Assembly (NCBI GenBank): GCA_905178155.1
Contig: CAJINV010000002.1
Span: 9,001,412-9,065,411 of the forward strand
Reading direction: 5' to 3'
DNA: 64,000 nt
Source: Amoebophrya sp. A120
Taxonomy: Eukaryota; Protista; Dinoflagellata
The position numbers and the translations under genes are program-made. The number at the start of each line of letters is the position of its first letter. The stretch's first letter is position 1. Of the stretch, positions 12,201 through 23,723 are shown one piece after another. Under the pieces are notes generated by a model that worked only from the letters and a program-made list of their open reading frames with translations, was not told the origin of the DNA and ran no database searches.

Positions 12201-13304
12201 ATCGTCTTTGCTTCCTGGACTTTCGGAATTTTCGCAGATGGAAACAGGTGCTGTTAAAGTGGGTCCCATAGGGTTTAACTCTTAAAAAAGTACAATGGTC
12301 GTCTAGGCAACCCATTGTAAAAGAGTACTTTTTCCAAAAGTGCCAAACTTTAATGAACCCTATCACCCTACTATATTTTTCATCGGAAGGCACAAGATAA
12401 GAAATTTTGTCAATCTACTGTGATGGAGTAATAAAAATCATCCCAAAACAGTACGAGTATCACTTTGTTCATTTTTACACCCTTTCCTTATAGTGGGACT
12501 CCATTGTAGGGGAGACACACCAAAACACTCCAAAAAGATAATTTTTTTTTCTGTCCGTGTGGATAAATTTCCCGCTATTCATAGAAGAATCATAGAAGAA
12601 TCATAGAGATAATCCACAAAGACTACCATATTAGTGTAAGTGACCATGTGTTTTTTCATATATTACACATATGTAAACACATTTCCACACTTGTAAAAAA
12701 TTCGAAAAAAAATTAAAAAAAAATACGGTGGCATATTTTACATGTAATTACGCCCAATAAGGTGCATGCGATAAATGTATAGACACTGGACAGCACTGAC
12801 TGTGAAAATGCCTTATATTATGAAGGAAATTCTAGAAAAATACGGCGCCCCAAAATTTTTGAAAAAATGACTTTCCGAGACTCTTGGAAATGTGCAAGAT
12901 TTCCCCACACTTTTGACGCATGATTAAGCATAGCACATGACTTGTGATGCATTATCGTCATGCTCTCAGTGTTTTACACACTGGAATTCATATTATTCAA
13001 CCCTTCAAAAATTTTCCAACTTTTCAAAAATTTGACGAACTGAAAAAATAATGCCTTAAAGGAGTCCAATCAGCTCAAAAAGGTAAAAGTAAGGCCATTA
13101 TGCTGCTCATATGCCAAATTATGGCGAACCTCTCAAATTTTACGCCGTTTCCCACGATTTTCCAGAATTTCAAAAAATGCGAAAAATAGGTAGCACCACT
13201 CTTCTAGGTGGGGGCGCTTCAATATGGCCCAAGCTGGGCAAGAGTGTTCCTCCCCGTGCGTCCTTCATGTTATTGCTCATCCGTTTGATCAACAAAAGCC
13301 CACG

Positions 13305-13592
13305 AAACGCGACGGAATGCCATCTATGGGGATGCAATGGGTCGCGGAGAGGGGGGCGGGGGGGGGTCGCTTCGTCGCGCGCGCTGTACTTCTTGCATAT
13401 ACCTACCAAACGCGGCGGAATACTATGTACAGAAGAGGATGCAGTGGGTCGGGGAGTCCGAACGGGGATCGCTTCGCCGCGCGCTGTGCTCCTTGCATAG
13501 GCCCACCCCGCGCGGCGGAATACCATCGGGGGGAAGTAGTGGGTCGGGTGTCCGGGTGGGGATTGCGTCGCCGCGTGCTGTGCTCCTTGCAT
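13305..13592. repeat. Degenerate tandem repeat, ~100-bp unit, about 3 copies
   Basis: cgcg(g/a)cggaat at ~13308, 13411 and 13512; gctgt(a/g)ct(t/c)cttgcat at ~13382, 13482 and 13577; tgggtcg in each unit. Confidence 0.8.
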
Positions 13593-14463
13593 TGTAATCC
13601 ATTCCCGTCATCTACAGTTCGGTACACCTAGTGCGGCAGCACCATCCGGAATGTCAGAAAACCCGACTAGCGTGGCCTACTCGACCTCGCGGCCTCCCCC
13701 AGGCCAGGCTTCGCAATCTTCGGGGGCGGGAGGCGTTTCGCATCAGCAGTGGCATCACAAAGCCGACGGGGCGGCTCCATGCAAAGTTTCTGCATGTCCC
13801 AAAAGTGCGTGCCTGGTTCCGCGGGTTTTGGAAGGTATGTCTTTGGTGCGATTTCCATTGTTCAGCATCGGTGGACTTTCGCGGGCACCCTATTTATTAC
13901 TAGCTAAGATTTGGAATCTTCGGCCTTTGGGAAGGAGAGGTTGTCGCGCTTCCGGAGAGGCATTGCCCTTTCATGCTATTTCGCTGCGGATTCTAGCGTA
14001 TGGTAAACGCGACGCCCGACGCGGGCGGAGCCACCGGGTTCTTGGACTTTGCGACAGTTGTGCCATGTGTCCCCACGACGTGGCTGCTCTCGCCAGCAAG
14101 AAAGAAGACCGCGCAGCCCGAGGAGAATAGGGCGTCGCGCCTCTATTGTTGCCCGGACCCCCACGGTCCGCCACTGCCCCGGGCGGTTATTGCGTACAAG
14201 CAGAAAACCCCGCGCTGCCGCTTTGCGTCTTTCTAGTCGCGCGCCCACCCCTGCGCACGCGGTCATATGAGATCATTTGCTTACTGAGCGCACGACGTGA
14301 TGCAAAATCGAGCGAGGTGGAGAGGAGGGGACAGCACGAGGAGCCACAACCCTGAGGCAAGCTGCCGCCGCACAGCGCCTCCACCATTGCGTCACGTGCT
14401 TAAGCATTGCATTCTCCTCCCTCCAGTCGTTCTTTCCCGCCGCAGCGGCGCGTGCTATCAAAA

Positions 14464-17400
14464 ATGGAGCAGCGAGGCGGCTCCAGCGGCTCGACCAAGA
14501 TGTCGGAGCAGTCTCGCGACCGGGCGAAAACGTTCTCGGGACTGCACCTTCAGATACCGAACACCGCGGGGCATGCGGACGAGGCGATAAACGAGGAGCT
14601 CCGGCGGGAAAACTCCATCACGATGACGCCGGGCGGCCTGAAGTCCGCAACGCTGTGGCCCTGGGCCCAGCGGAACCACGCGCGGCGGTCCTCCGTGATG
14701 CGGGTGCCACCCTCCGAGCAGCCAAGCGCACACGTCGCGGGCAGCGGGGGCGGGGAGGCCGGAATGATTCCGCCCGGCCCCGACGCGTACTGCTCGACCG
14801 AGCAGATCCGGATGACCGCAGCGTCGCAGTCGCCGACGCCGCATCTCGACGACCGCTCCGGGGGGTCCGGGGGCAGCCCCGCGCCCAGCGTCAGCACGAC
14901 CCGGTTGAACGGCAACGTTCCCGGGCCTGCGAGCACCACCGCGACGAGGGTCGGGAAGCCGAATTTTTTTCAGCAGGGGGTGCAGAAGAAAACGAGCCTG
15001 AGTAAGCTGGAGCGCGGGTGGGATCCACGCCGAGCCCTCTTCACGCCGTTCACGCGCGACGAGCACGCGGAGCACTACAAGTGGCAAGACCGTCTGATCC
15101 CCCGCGATTCTCCGTTCTGCCAGAGTAAGGGAAATCTCGACGTCGAGCGCCAGATACCAGGGTATAATGAACGCGGGAGTATTGAATGATGTTGCGAAAA
15201 AGTCAAGCAGAGCTAAGCGTCAGTCATGCAAAAGTAGTGGGGTGCTGGCGCGAAAGCGCGTGTTGTGCAGCTTTGAGAGTAAAACCATATGCAAGGAGAA
15301 CAGGCTCGCACTTCCGCGCATCGGACAAGACAAGAACTTTTGATTTTTTTCAGCAGGTCTTGTGCTACGTATACTCCACCAAAAAAATCGGTTGACTAAA
15401 AACAACTCCAGGTACCTTGGATCGTCGCTCCGTTCGCTGTACTACCAAAATCTGTTCCACTCCATCCTGGACTTCCGCATGCGCACGCACGTGCTGATCG
15501 TGAGCTCGACGTACACGCTGTTCTGGGTGGTCGTCGCGTTCTTGCTGATTCTCGTCGAGGAAGACTGCAACATGCGGCTCGGCGGGAGCTTCATCAAGGC
15601 CTACATTATCGCGGTGGAAACCTGCATGACGATCTATTACAGTGAAAAGTGCCCCCCACCCCCAAAGTTGCAAAAATTTGTGATGCGAAGTTTCCAAATG
15701 AAAACTTTTTGTCATGCATGAAAGGAGTATGAATCTTTCTGATGCAGAGTCTAGTCGTGTTTCGCATCGCTTGCATGACAAGCACCGCTCTTGCTGGGAT
15801 CTTTTGCAATACAAATTTTTGCTATTCACGAGCGGAAATCTGTGATGCTGATACATACATTCGTTTGGAAAGGTTTGCAATACAAATGCTTTCAAGTTCG
15901 GGGGTGGGGGCATTTTTCACTGTCATACGATCGGGTACGGCATGCACGACGAAACGTTCAACGGCTGCTGGTATGGATTGCAAAAGTGTCTGGGTCTAGA
16001 AACTTGTGATGCTGGTTAGCGTATCATGAGCAAGCGATAAGTGCTGGCTCAGCATGACAAGTTTCTGAGCTTTTAGGTGTTGCCTATTCTGCATGACAAA
16101 CTGCGTTTTTGCATGACAGAAAAATGGGGCTCTTGGGTAACGTGCATGACAGATTTAAGAGTCATGCCAGACAAGCATGACAAACGTGCACTCTTCCAGA
16201 CCCAGACATTTTTTCATTTGATAGCTGGCAGATGGCGGTCATCCTCTCCGCGGCCAGTTTGATCTCCATGATCCTGGACGGCATCTATCGTGAGTAAAAA
16301 TGAGAGTCTGGTTGTCCTCGCGCAACTTCTGGCAAATCAGAGCCTTATTTTGCTGTTTGATTTGCATGAAAAACAGATCGAGTATAATGAAGAGTTCAAC
16401 AAATGACCGAGTCGCATGTCTTTCGTGTCGCAGTACAAGACGTGGATTTTCCTCACAATAATGTCCTGATCGGACTAATTTTCATGACGCTAACGAATCC
16501 GCAGAGGCGCGCGGCCACTGTCGTGTTCACTGACAAAGCCATCATAAAGCTCATAGACGGAGAGCCACACTTCGTTTTCCAGGTAAGGGGTGTTGCGATG
16601 CAAAGTGATTTTCAATGCTGAAGTGTGGAAGATTGTCGTGATCGAACTATTTCACAATGTGTCGACCGCGATGAAAAAACCCAAGAAATTCTACTGTACA
16701 GGTAGCAGAAATACGGAAGCAGTCCCTCCTCGAGGCACACATTTTATCAAAGTGAAAGGCCGTCGCTGTCAATGTTGGCTGTGTCATTCTGCATGATTCG
16801 CCCGCACGGCAAAACTCGATACGCATAATTCCAACTCCTGCCATATGGCAGCACGCGGTAGTACCGCTATCACATTTGTTATTCGTTCCCCCGCCTGCCA
16901 TTGACAAAAGTTTTCCGCACAATTCGTTCGCTGCTACTGTTTCAAGCACTGCGACGTGATCAACCCGCTGACCGGGCAGAAATCCAAATCCCGGGTGCTG
17001 CAGCAGTTTCCCATGCGACTGCAGTCTCCGGACGACGAGTTAGGGGGCATGCTGTTTCTGAGCACGCCCTTGCTGGTCGTGCACCGGATCGATGAGTGGA
17101 GTCCGCTGTACCGCCTGTACGAACGAGCCACCCACTGCGGCGTTCCGGACGGCACGGAGGCGGAGCACGTCCGCATGGATTCCTCCAGCTTTGACCAACC
17201 GGAGCGCGGCGGCGGCGCGCTGAGTCGGACCAACAGCGGCCTGCAGCAGGTCCTGTCGCCCAGTCAGAGCAGCCTCATAACCGGGAAGCGCGGGCGGTCG
17301 CAGGTGCTGGCGGTGCAGCACTCCGGGGTGTTTGACGACGTCGATAACTTACCGACGGGAGCGACAGCGAACAAGAGTAGCACGACACCGCTGTACGGAG

Positions 17401-19604
17401 CGCCGCAAAACAAGAATCTGCTTGGTGGTGTTCTTGACATTGATAGCGCAGGTGCAAGAATAAACGCAGTTGGAACCACGATGAACAGCAGCAGTTCTTC
17501 TGCAAGAAGCCCTACGGGAGGAGCGGTTGCCGCAGCGGGAGGCGGGAGCAGCAGTTCCGCGTTGGATCAAACTACAGTGCCTAACGACCTCCCGGACAAC
17601 ACCAGTACGAAGACCAAGTCGGGCAGTACGGTCATCAAATCCGCCGCGGGCCTAAAATCCCCTTCCCCCACGGCGCGGAACGCCTCGAAAAGCCGGCTGG
17701 ACGCGGAGTTTCAGGTGCGGTTTCAGGACTCCCGTGGGTTTACCTACTACCCGGAGCCCGGCGCGAGTGTTTATTCCGAGCACTTGAATAACGAGCGCGA
17801 CTTTTTCGGCAGCCCGACGGAGCGCGAGCCCACGACGATTTTCTGCGCCGGAGACAATCACGCACAGTACCGGCGCATGATCGGCGTGCCCAACCACCGG
17901 TCCATTCACGGCATGACCGCGTCCGGCGACAGCAAACATCCCAAGCAGTTCACGCGCAACGCCGACCGGCAGAGCAGCGGCGTCTTCGGGGAGCCGCAAG
18001 ACCCGGAAAACAGCGGCGGGCAGTCGGCAGTCGATAGAACCGCGAGTCAGCAGGAGGGGCGGGTTTCAACAGCGCAGGCTGATGCGGCTGGCGTTCCGGG
18101 CGAACAAGCAGGCAACTACAACATTGGGAAAGATTCGACAGCAGTGGAGACGAGAATATCAAAACATCAAAGCCAGGACGACACCCCGCCGCCCGCAGTT
18201 CTGAACAATGCGTCGGGCGTATTTCCTGAAACGTCGAGGCCTAGTCGGGTCGACGCCGGTAGAGCCAGCGCGTCGTCCCTGTCACTTGGACCAGCAGAAC
18301 AAAATGGAGCACAATTACCCCACGCCCTCGGTGCCAGCTCCCCCAGCCCCGGATCGTCGGCCAGCAACGCAGACCCGTCGTCGACCCGGGACAGCAAAGC
18401 GCGTAACCGATTGTCCTCCACGTCAACAGCGATTGCAGGTTTGACACTGACCGACCCGATCAAGACATCTCCGCGCGTGTCCGGCAGCGGTACGGGGTTC
18501 GGCGCAGCCAGCTACTTGACCAGCCTGCTGGCGGGCGGCGGAGTGACGTCCAAGGAAATGATGACGGCACAGGAGGAGGAGGGTCCCACCTACGTCGGAA
18601 AAAAGTCCTCGATTGCCGCAGCAGTGGGAAGGACGAAAGACTTGTCTGCGGTCTCGCAAAGTAAGAACGGCGGTGCACCACCAGCTGGGGACTTACTGCA
18701 AGTGAACGATCCCAGCAGGACATCAGCGACAGGAAAAATAGTAAGCGAGCATTTGGAGAAACCAGAAGAAGAGAGCGCTGACCTATTCAATGTTATCTGT
18801 GACGTCGTCGCTACGCAGGCTGGCAGTTCCGAGGCCGGCGCACCACAGAACGGAAACTCTAATACCAGAGAGCAGAGGTTGTACAACTTCGCTCACGAAC
18901 AGGTTTCCACCCAACTGTGCGCCCGGCGCGACTACGTGGCGCCGCCTCTGCGGATGGTCGACGCGGAGCGGGGCATGTTCACGCTCTACGCCTGCCCGTA
19001 CTGCGGTGAAAGTTACGTCACCAAGTGGCTCTATCGGAAGCATCTCGTGCACAATCGCGGACACGGTAGCAGATTTGATGTGAAGCGGGGTTGGATAGCT
19101 AGAAGTCGCAGACAGTTCGTTGCTTGCCCCTTCGCATGACAAGTTTCCAAATTGTAGCATATACGAAATGTAGTTCTTTTTGGATGACCGCTAGTTACGC
19201 GACAAAAACAAACAGGCGACCACCCCGCGGAGCTACCGAAGTGGACGAAACAGATGGAGAACGAGAAAAAGTTCGGCTACAACCTTTACCAGGAAAATTC
19301 CAAACGGCTCGAGCACTGGGACGCGCGCAAGCGCAGCCAGCCGGTCAACCTTCTCAGCCAGGACTACTTCGAGGTTTTGATTTTGGTGGAGGGTATCGAG
19401 CCCTTCACTTCCACCACGGTGCAGGCACGGCATTCCTACGCGTTTGGACAGGACATCGTCATCAACGGGGACTTCATGCCGTGCACCTTTTTGAAACAGG
19501 ACGGCACCGCCATCGTGGACTTCGGGAAATTTCACCAGGTCGTGCAGTCCAGCGAGGACCACTTTTTCGCGGCGAAGGAAGAAGTGAACATTCCGCTGGA
19601 GTAG
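14464..19604 (+). CDS. Inward-rectifier potassium channel (Kir/IRK family), ~1233 aa; exons 14464-15161, 15412-15634, 15933-15971, 16229-16285, 16466-16582, 16702-16743, 16929-19065, 19216-19604
   Basis: Reassembled motifs: M1 YTLFWVVVAFLL; pore AVETCMTIGYG; M2 SMILDGILIGLIF; NPQRRAATVVFTDKAII; VAEIRKQSLLEAHIR; PLLVVHRIDEWSPLY; FEVLILVEGIEPFTSTTVQARHSY; VDFGKFH. Exon lengths sum to 3702 nt (in frame). Three GT-AG introns and four TIR-type introns. Confidence 0.92.
15635..15927 (+). mobile_element. Introner-like TIR element A (non-canonical intron) splitting the K+ filter TI|GYG
   Basis: Left TIR tattacagtgaaaagtgccccccacccccaaagttg; right TIR (rc) tatgacagtgaaaaatgcccccacccccgaacttg. DR CGATC at 15630-15634 and 15928-15932. 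No register of the precise excision gives GT-AG. Confidence 0.93.
15972..16223 (+). mobile_element. Introner-like TIR element B
   Basis: TIRs tatggattgcaaaagtgtctgggtctagaa and (rc) tatcaaatgaaaaaatgtctgggtctggaa. DR GCTGG/GCTGG. Removal gives NGCW|QMAVIL. Contains repeated gcatgaca. Confidence 0.88.
16286..16460 (+). mobile_element. Introner-like TIR element C in the M2 helix
   Basis: TIRs tatcgtgagtaaaa and (rc) tattgtgaggaaaa. Degenerate DR GCATC/ATGTC. Removing 180 nt gives ILDGI|LIGLIF, colinear with the Kir2 M2 segment IIDAFIIG/IIDSFMIG. Confidence 0.75.
16745..16924 (+). mobile_element. Degenerate introner-like element D
   Basis: Starts tat; right end (rc) aattgtgcggaaaac resembles element C. 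DR CATTT/CGTTC. Removing 185 nt gives LLEAHI|RCYCF (Kir consensus EAHVR). No in-frame GT-AG option found. Confidence 0.65.
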
Positions 19605-20784
19605 CGGGGGGGAAGGAGGTGCCACTGATGCACTTGCATTTCGGTTTTTATGTAGCTGAAGTTCGGGCACTAGATCGTCCGCAAAAGATCTTTTTTTGAA
19701 GCGCGACGACGAGAAAATTTTTCGCCTGTGATGTTTCTTTCGCGAAATGACGATGCTTGTATGTACTTTGCGCGACATCAAAGATTTGCGATCGGCAAGC
19801 TTGTGCAGGAACGATAAAATATTAGCAGAGTCGACGCCTCTCGAGCTCTTTTCTACGGACAAAATGTTGAAAGACCCGCAAACTTCGTATACTCTGAGAC
19901 CCATTCAATTTGACGGCTTCCTACGACCCATGTTTTTAGCTGAGTTTTACTTTTCTTGTCAGAATGTCTATTTTGGATGAAGAAATAAAACATTTAGAAG
20001 TAACCGGTAAAATCACTCGCTTTTCCCATCGTGCATGGTTTCTTGCTGTTTGGTGGAAGGAGAACGGCCTGTAGTTGTTTGAATTTTTGTTGAAAGTTAG
20101 GGATGTCTTGAAATGCGGTCGGAGTTCTGTCAGTCCCGTGTACAACTTTTCCGAAGTAAGAACCAGTGAAGCAGTCGTGCAGTCTAGTAGGCTTGCATAT
20201 TTTTTGAATGAAATTTTTTATGAGTAGAGTTACTCAAGAGCCTGTGGCGGGGACGCATTGGCCTCTTCGGTACTAGGACCGAGGTGGTTGATGTTTCTGC
20301 CTGGGCAAAGGAGTTGTCGCACTAGTCATCCGAAGCACGCGCTTCGTTCGCGATTTCCCGTGCAGGTGCAAAGAAACTGCAAAGAATAGGATGCATGAAA
20401 AATACTACAGAAAAATATTTTAATGAACCCAGTCTTTTGGTACCGGATGCGGAGGAGAAGCAGCTCGCAGTCCAACATTTCCACTACCTCGGAGGAAGAC
20501 GTGTACTGGAAGGGTCGGCTTCTTGTGCACGCTTTGCCAGTGTTCATGTGTTCGATATGCTCACCAGCACACCCGCGCGTTTTTGATCATGGTCCAACCA
20601 GCTATCCACCCGCCTCGCTTTTTTGCAGACAGGCGAACGATGACAATATCGCCTCGTGGGTCGTACATTAGATAGAAGTAGAACTACAAAGAGCTGGCTC
20701 GCTATACGAGCGTGCCACCGCGCCGCGAGCAACTGAAGGTTAGAATAAGAGGGCCCGAGAAAAAGAATCTCACTTCGGAACAAC

Positions 20785-23723
20785 ATGTCGCATCTCCGTT
20801 CGTTTGCTTCCTTCTTCAACCTGCTCGGCGCGAGCCAATGGAAGTCTGCAGCTGCTATGCCTGTGATTTGCAACGGACCGGGATCCACCGGGTACCGGGA
20901 TCTGAAGAAAAGCAGTTCCGACGCGGAGCAAGAGTACTTCCACCGCGCGCCCCTGCTTGCGAGCAATGCGTTCGAGCAGGAGGCGCGGTCCTTCGTCAAC
21001 CAGGAATTCGTTCGACGAGGAGTGCGTTCGTCCACAGCCGGTGAGGAACAAATTCCCGAATTCTGCACGCCGACCTTTGGAGGGCAGGAACTAGGCAGCG
21101 AAGCGGATGGCTTCATGGGTACGAATCCCGACGAGGAGTTGGACCCCGAGGAAAACCACCCACCGATGGTGCTGGCCGGCGAGGCGAATTCGCACAGGGC
21201 CCGCGCTGCCCACCCGCTGCTGGGCTGCGCGCGCCGCAACCAGCGTGCGCTGAAGTTTCTCGGCGTCGCAACAGCGGTTGCCGGCGCAATTTCCGGACTT
21301 CTTGGCCCAAATATGATCGGCACGACGGGCGGCACGAATAGTCAGTTTGCAGCAAGAACTGCGGGACAGGAACCGTGTGACCTCAAGTCTTCCTCAGCCG
21401 GACGTAGTAAAGCCTTCTTGCAGCCGGCGGATCACAACGCCGCCTCTGCCGCACCTTCCGTTGTTGACAAAGACGGCAATTTGATTGCTTTCTCGCAGGA
21501 CTTGCCGTCGCCCAAAGGATTTGACTCCTCGGGCGACCACACCTACGAGAACCTGATAAGGTCCGGGAAGGCGCAGGTCTTGGAGCTGGTGGAAAAGAAA
21601 CCAAAAATCACGTACCGCACGGCGGAAGAGACGGAGGCATTGGCGAAGAGGGAAGCTGCGAAGAAGGCCGCAAAGGACAAGGACGACACCGTCCCGCCGT
21701 TCGTGAATCTGAATCTGGTCACCGTGGAGCGCAAGCCGGCGGGCGCAGCAACTACGCGACAGGCGGTTTCGGACGTGAAAAAAGACATTGCGCAAGCGTT
21801 CGCAGCAGCAGAACCAGCAAAGAGCGCAGCTGAGGACAGTACTGAAGCTAATGCCAGTTCATCTTCGTCTGTCGCTAAGCAAGAGAAAGCTTTCCTCAAC
21901 GCGGAGGCACATACCCTCGCCAGCGCGCTCACGGATGGCGTCGAGAATCTTTTCAAGGACTCCTCGTCCTCGGGAAAGTTGAAAGTAGAGATGGAAGACG
22001 GCCAGACGTTCAAGTACGAAACTGGGAATATGAAAGGCAAAAGTACACAAGAAGATTCTTCGTCCGATGAAACAACCTCATCACAACCAGTCGCTTCACC
22101 AACAACCTCGGCGCCGCAAAAAAACCACCTGCGGCCGGACGAGGTTCTGATCGAGGGAAAGAAGTACCTCACCGTGCATTTGCCAGCGCTGGACGAGGCA
22201 GAAACGGAAACCGGTCATGCGGAGGAAGATTTGACACCAGATGAAGGCAGGCCAAAAGCAGAGATCGGCTCTCTCGCCCCCTTGCGCGACATCACGGACG
22301 CGGACAGGTTCATTCAGATGTCAAACCTGCCTCCGACGTTCATTGCCGGCCCAGAACCGACGGTAGGACATCAAGAGGTCCCAAACCCAACCGAAGCAGT
22401 GCGTCGTTCCGACTTCTTGAATCCCACCCAGAGATTCGTGCTGGATCTACAACGCAAGAAGCGGCTGCTCGCGCACGTGGTCACGCCCGGAAACGCGATG
22501 CAACAACGGTACGCCACGCCCGAGCAGGTGAAGCAGGCCATGACCAAGGCGGACCCGCTGAGCTACATCGAGTTCGATTCGCAGGACGTTATGGTGCTGC
22601 CCGACACGCCGGACAACGGTTTTGTTTCCATGTCGGCGTCATTGGTGCTCCCGAAATCCGACCCGCTCGACGACGGTATGCCGTTCTACTCCGCGCCGTT
22701 CGTTTGTCCTTTGGGAGAAAGTACTACACCGTTCGCGGCCGCGGATAACCGCTTCACTGACAGTTTCCCCGTAGGTGGAGGACCGCAAGCAGCGGGTATG
22801 AGTACCACGCCGGAGGAGATCAACATTCAAACCTTGATTTACGGGAAAACCCAACCCGAGCTGCCATTGTCGACCGCGCAAGCGAACACCGAAGCCGCAA
22901 TTGTCGAAAAACAACACCCCTACTACATGCAGTACTTCGACGCGGACCAGTGCGACGTGCTCGTCACATCGAACGGCGATTTCGGTAGCACGGTATGCAT
23001 TGCAAGTGTAAACTTCGCACTAGCTTGAATCGCATATAGAAATGTTTCAAGAAGAAAGTTGGAATTTGTCGTGCAGATATTGGTGGTAAAGGGAAACCAG
23101 ATTTGGCATGTATGAGTGCGATTTCAGTAAATACAAGCGCGATACTTACATTTTGCAGTGGATACATGGGAATCGCCAGCAACGCGCTGCGCTACTCGAA
23201 GAACGCGGCGGACCGGGCGCATTGGCTGGAAGAGTTGTTGGCGAAGAGAATTATCAATCCCCTGGATAGCCGCTTCGCCGTTACGATGACCGAGGCGGGC
23301 AGGAACGCGCTTTTCAACGCGAAAGACAGTTTGACGCCAGACGAGCGGAGCCGCGCGATCAGCTACTTCCGAAACCTGCGCGGCCCGCCGACGCAGCAGC
23401 AGATGCTGGACCTCCTGGAGCCGATCCCCGGCGAGTTGACCGAGGTGATCGCGAACTGCCCGTTGAAAGCGCTGGTAGGCGTCGCGGACCCGCTCCAGGT
23501 GATGCCGAAAGTGAACCAGGACCGCGTGGTCAAGGCCAAGATGAACAATCTGGCCTTGAACATGGATGATTTCTTCTCGCTGAACGTGCCCTGCACGATC
23601 CAGAAGCCGTCCATGACCGAGGGTATCGTGACGCAAAATTTACCGGCGCTGCGCGAGGTCGATGGGGAGAATGAAGGGAGTGCAGCAGGGGCGAGTGGGA
23701 CAGGAGCATTTGCGGCCGTGTAA
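20785..23723 (+). CDS. Hypothetical protein, ~920 aa, one predicted TM segment; exons 20785-22993 and 23170-23723
   Basis: The 747-aa and 206-aa ORFs join in frame (FGSTG|IASNAL) once element E is removed. Hydrophobic segment LKFLGVATAVAGAISGLLG. No family recognised. Confidence 0.75.
22994..23164 (+). mobile_element. Introner-like TIR element E
   Basis: TIRs tatgcattgcaagtgtaa and (rc) tatccactgcaaaatgtaa. DR CACGG/CATGG. The obvious GT(22993)-AG(23158) splice is out of frame, whereas the 176-nt precise excision is in frame. Confidence 0.82.

Noticed and set aside
13305-13592. CRISPR-like array
   Set aside because: Whole ~100-bp units are similar with no unique spacers; eukaryotic context and no cas genes.
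15162-15411. First Kir intron as another introner (it starts G-TAT)
   Set aside because: No ATA end or TIR; an ordinary in-frame GT-AG intron explains it.
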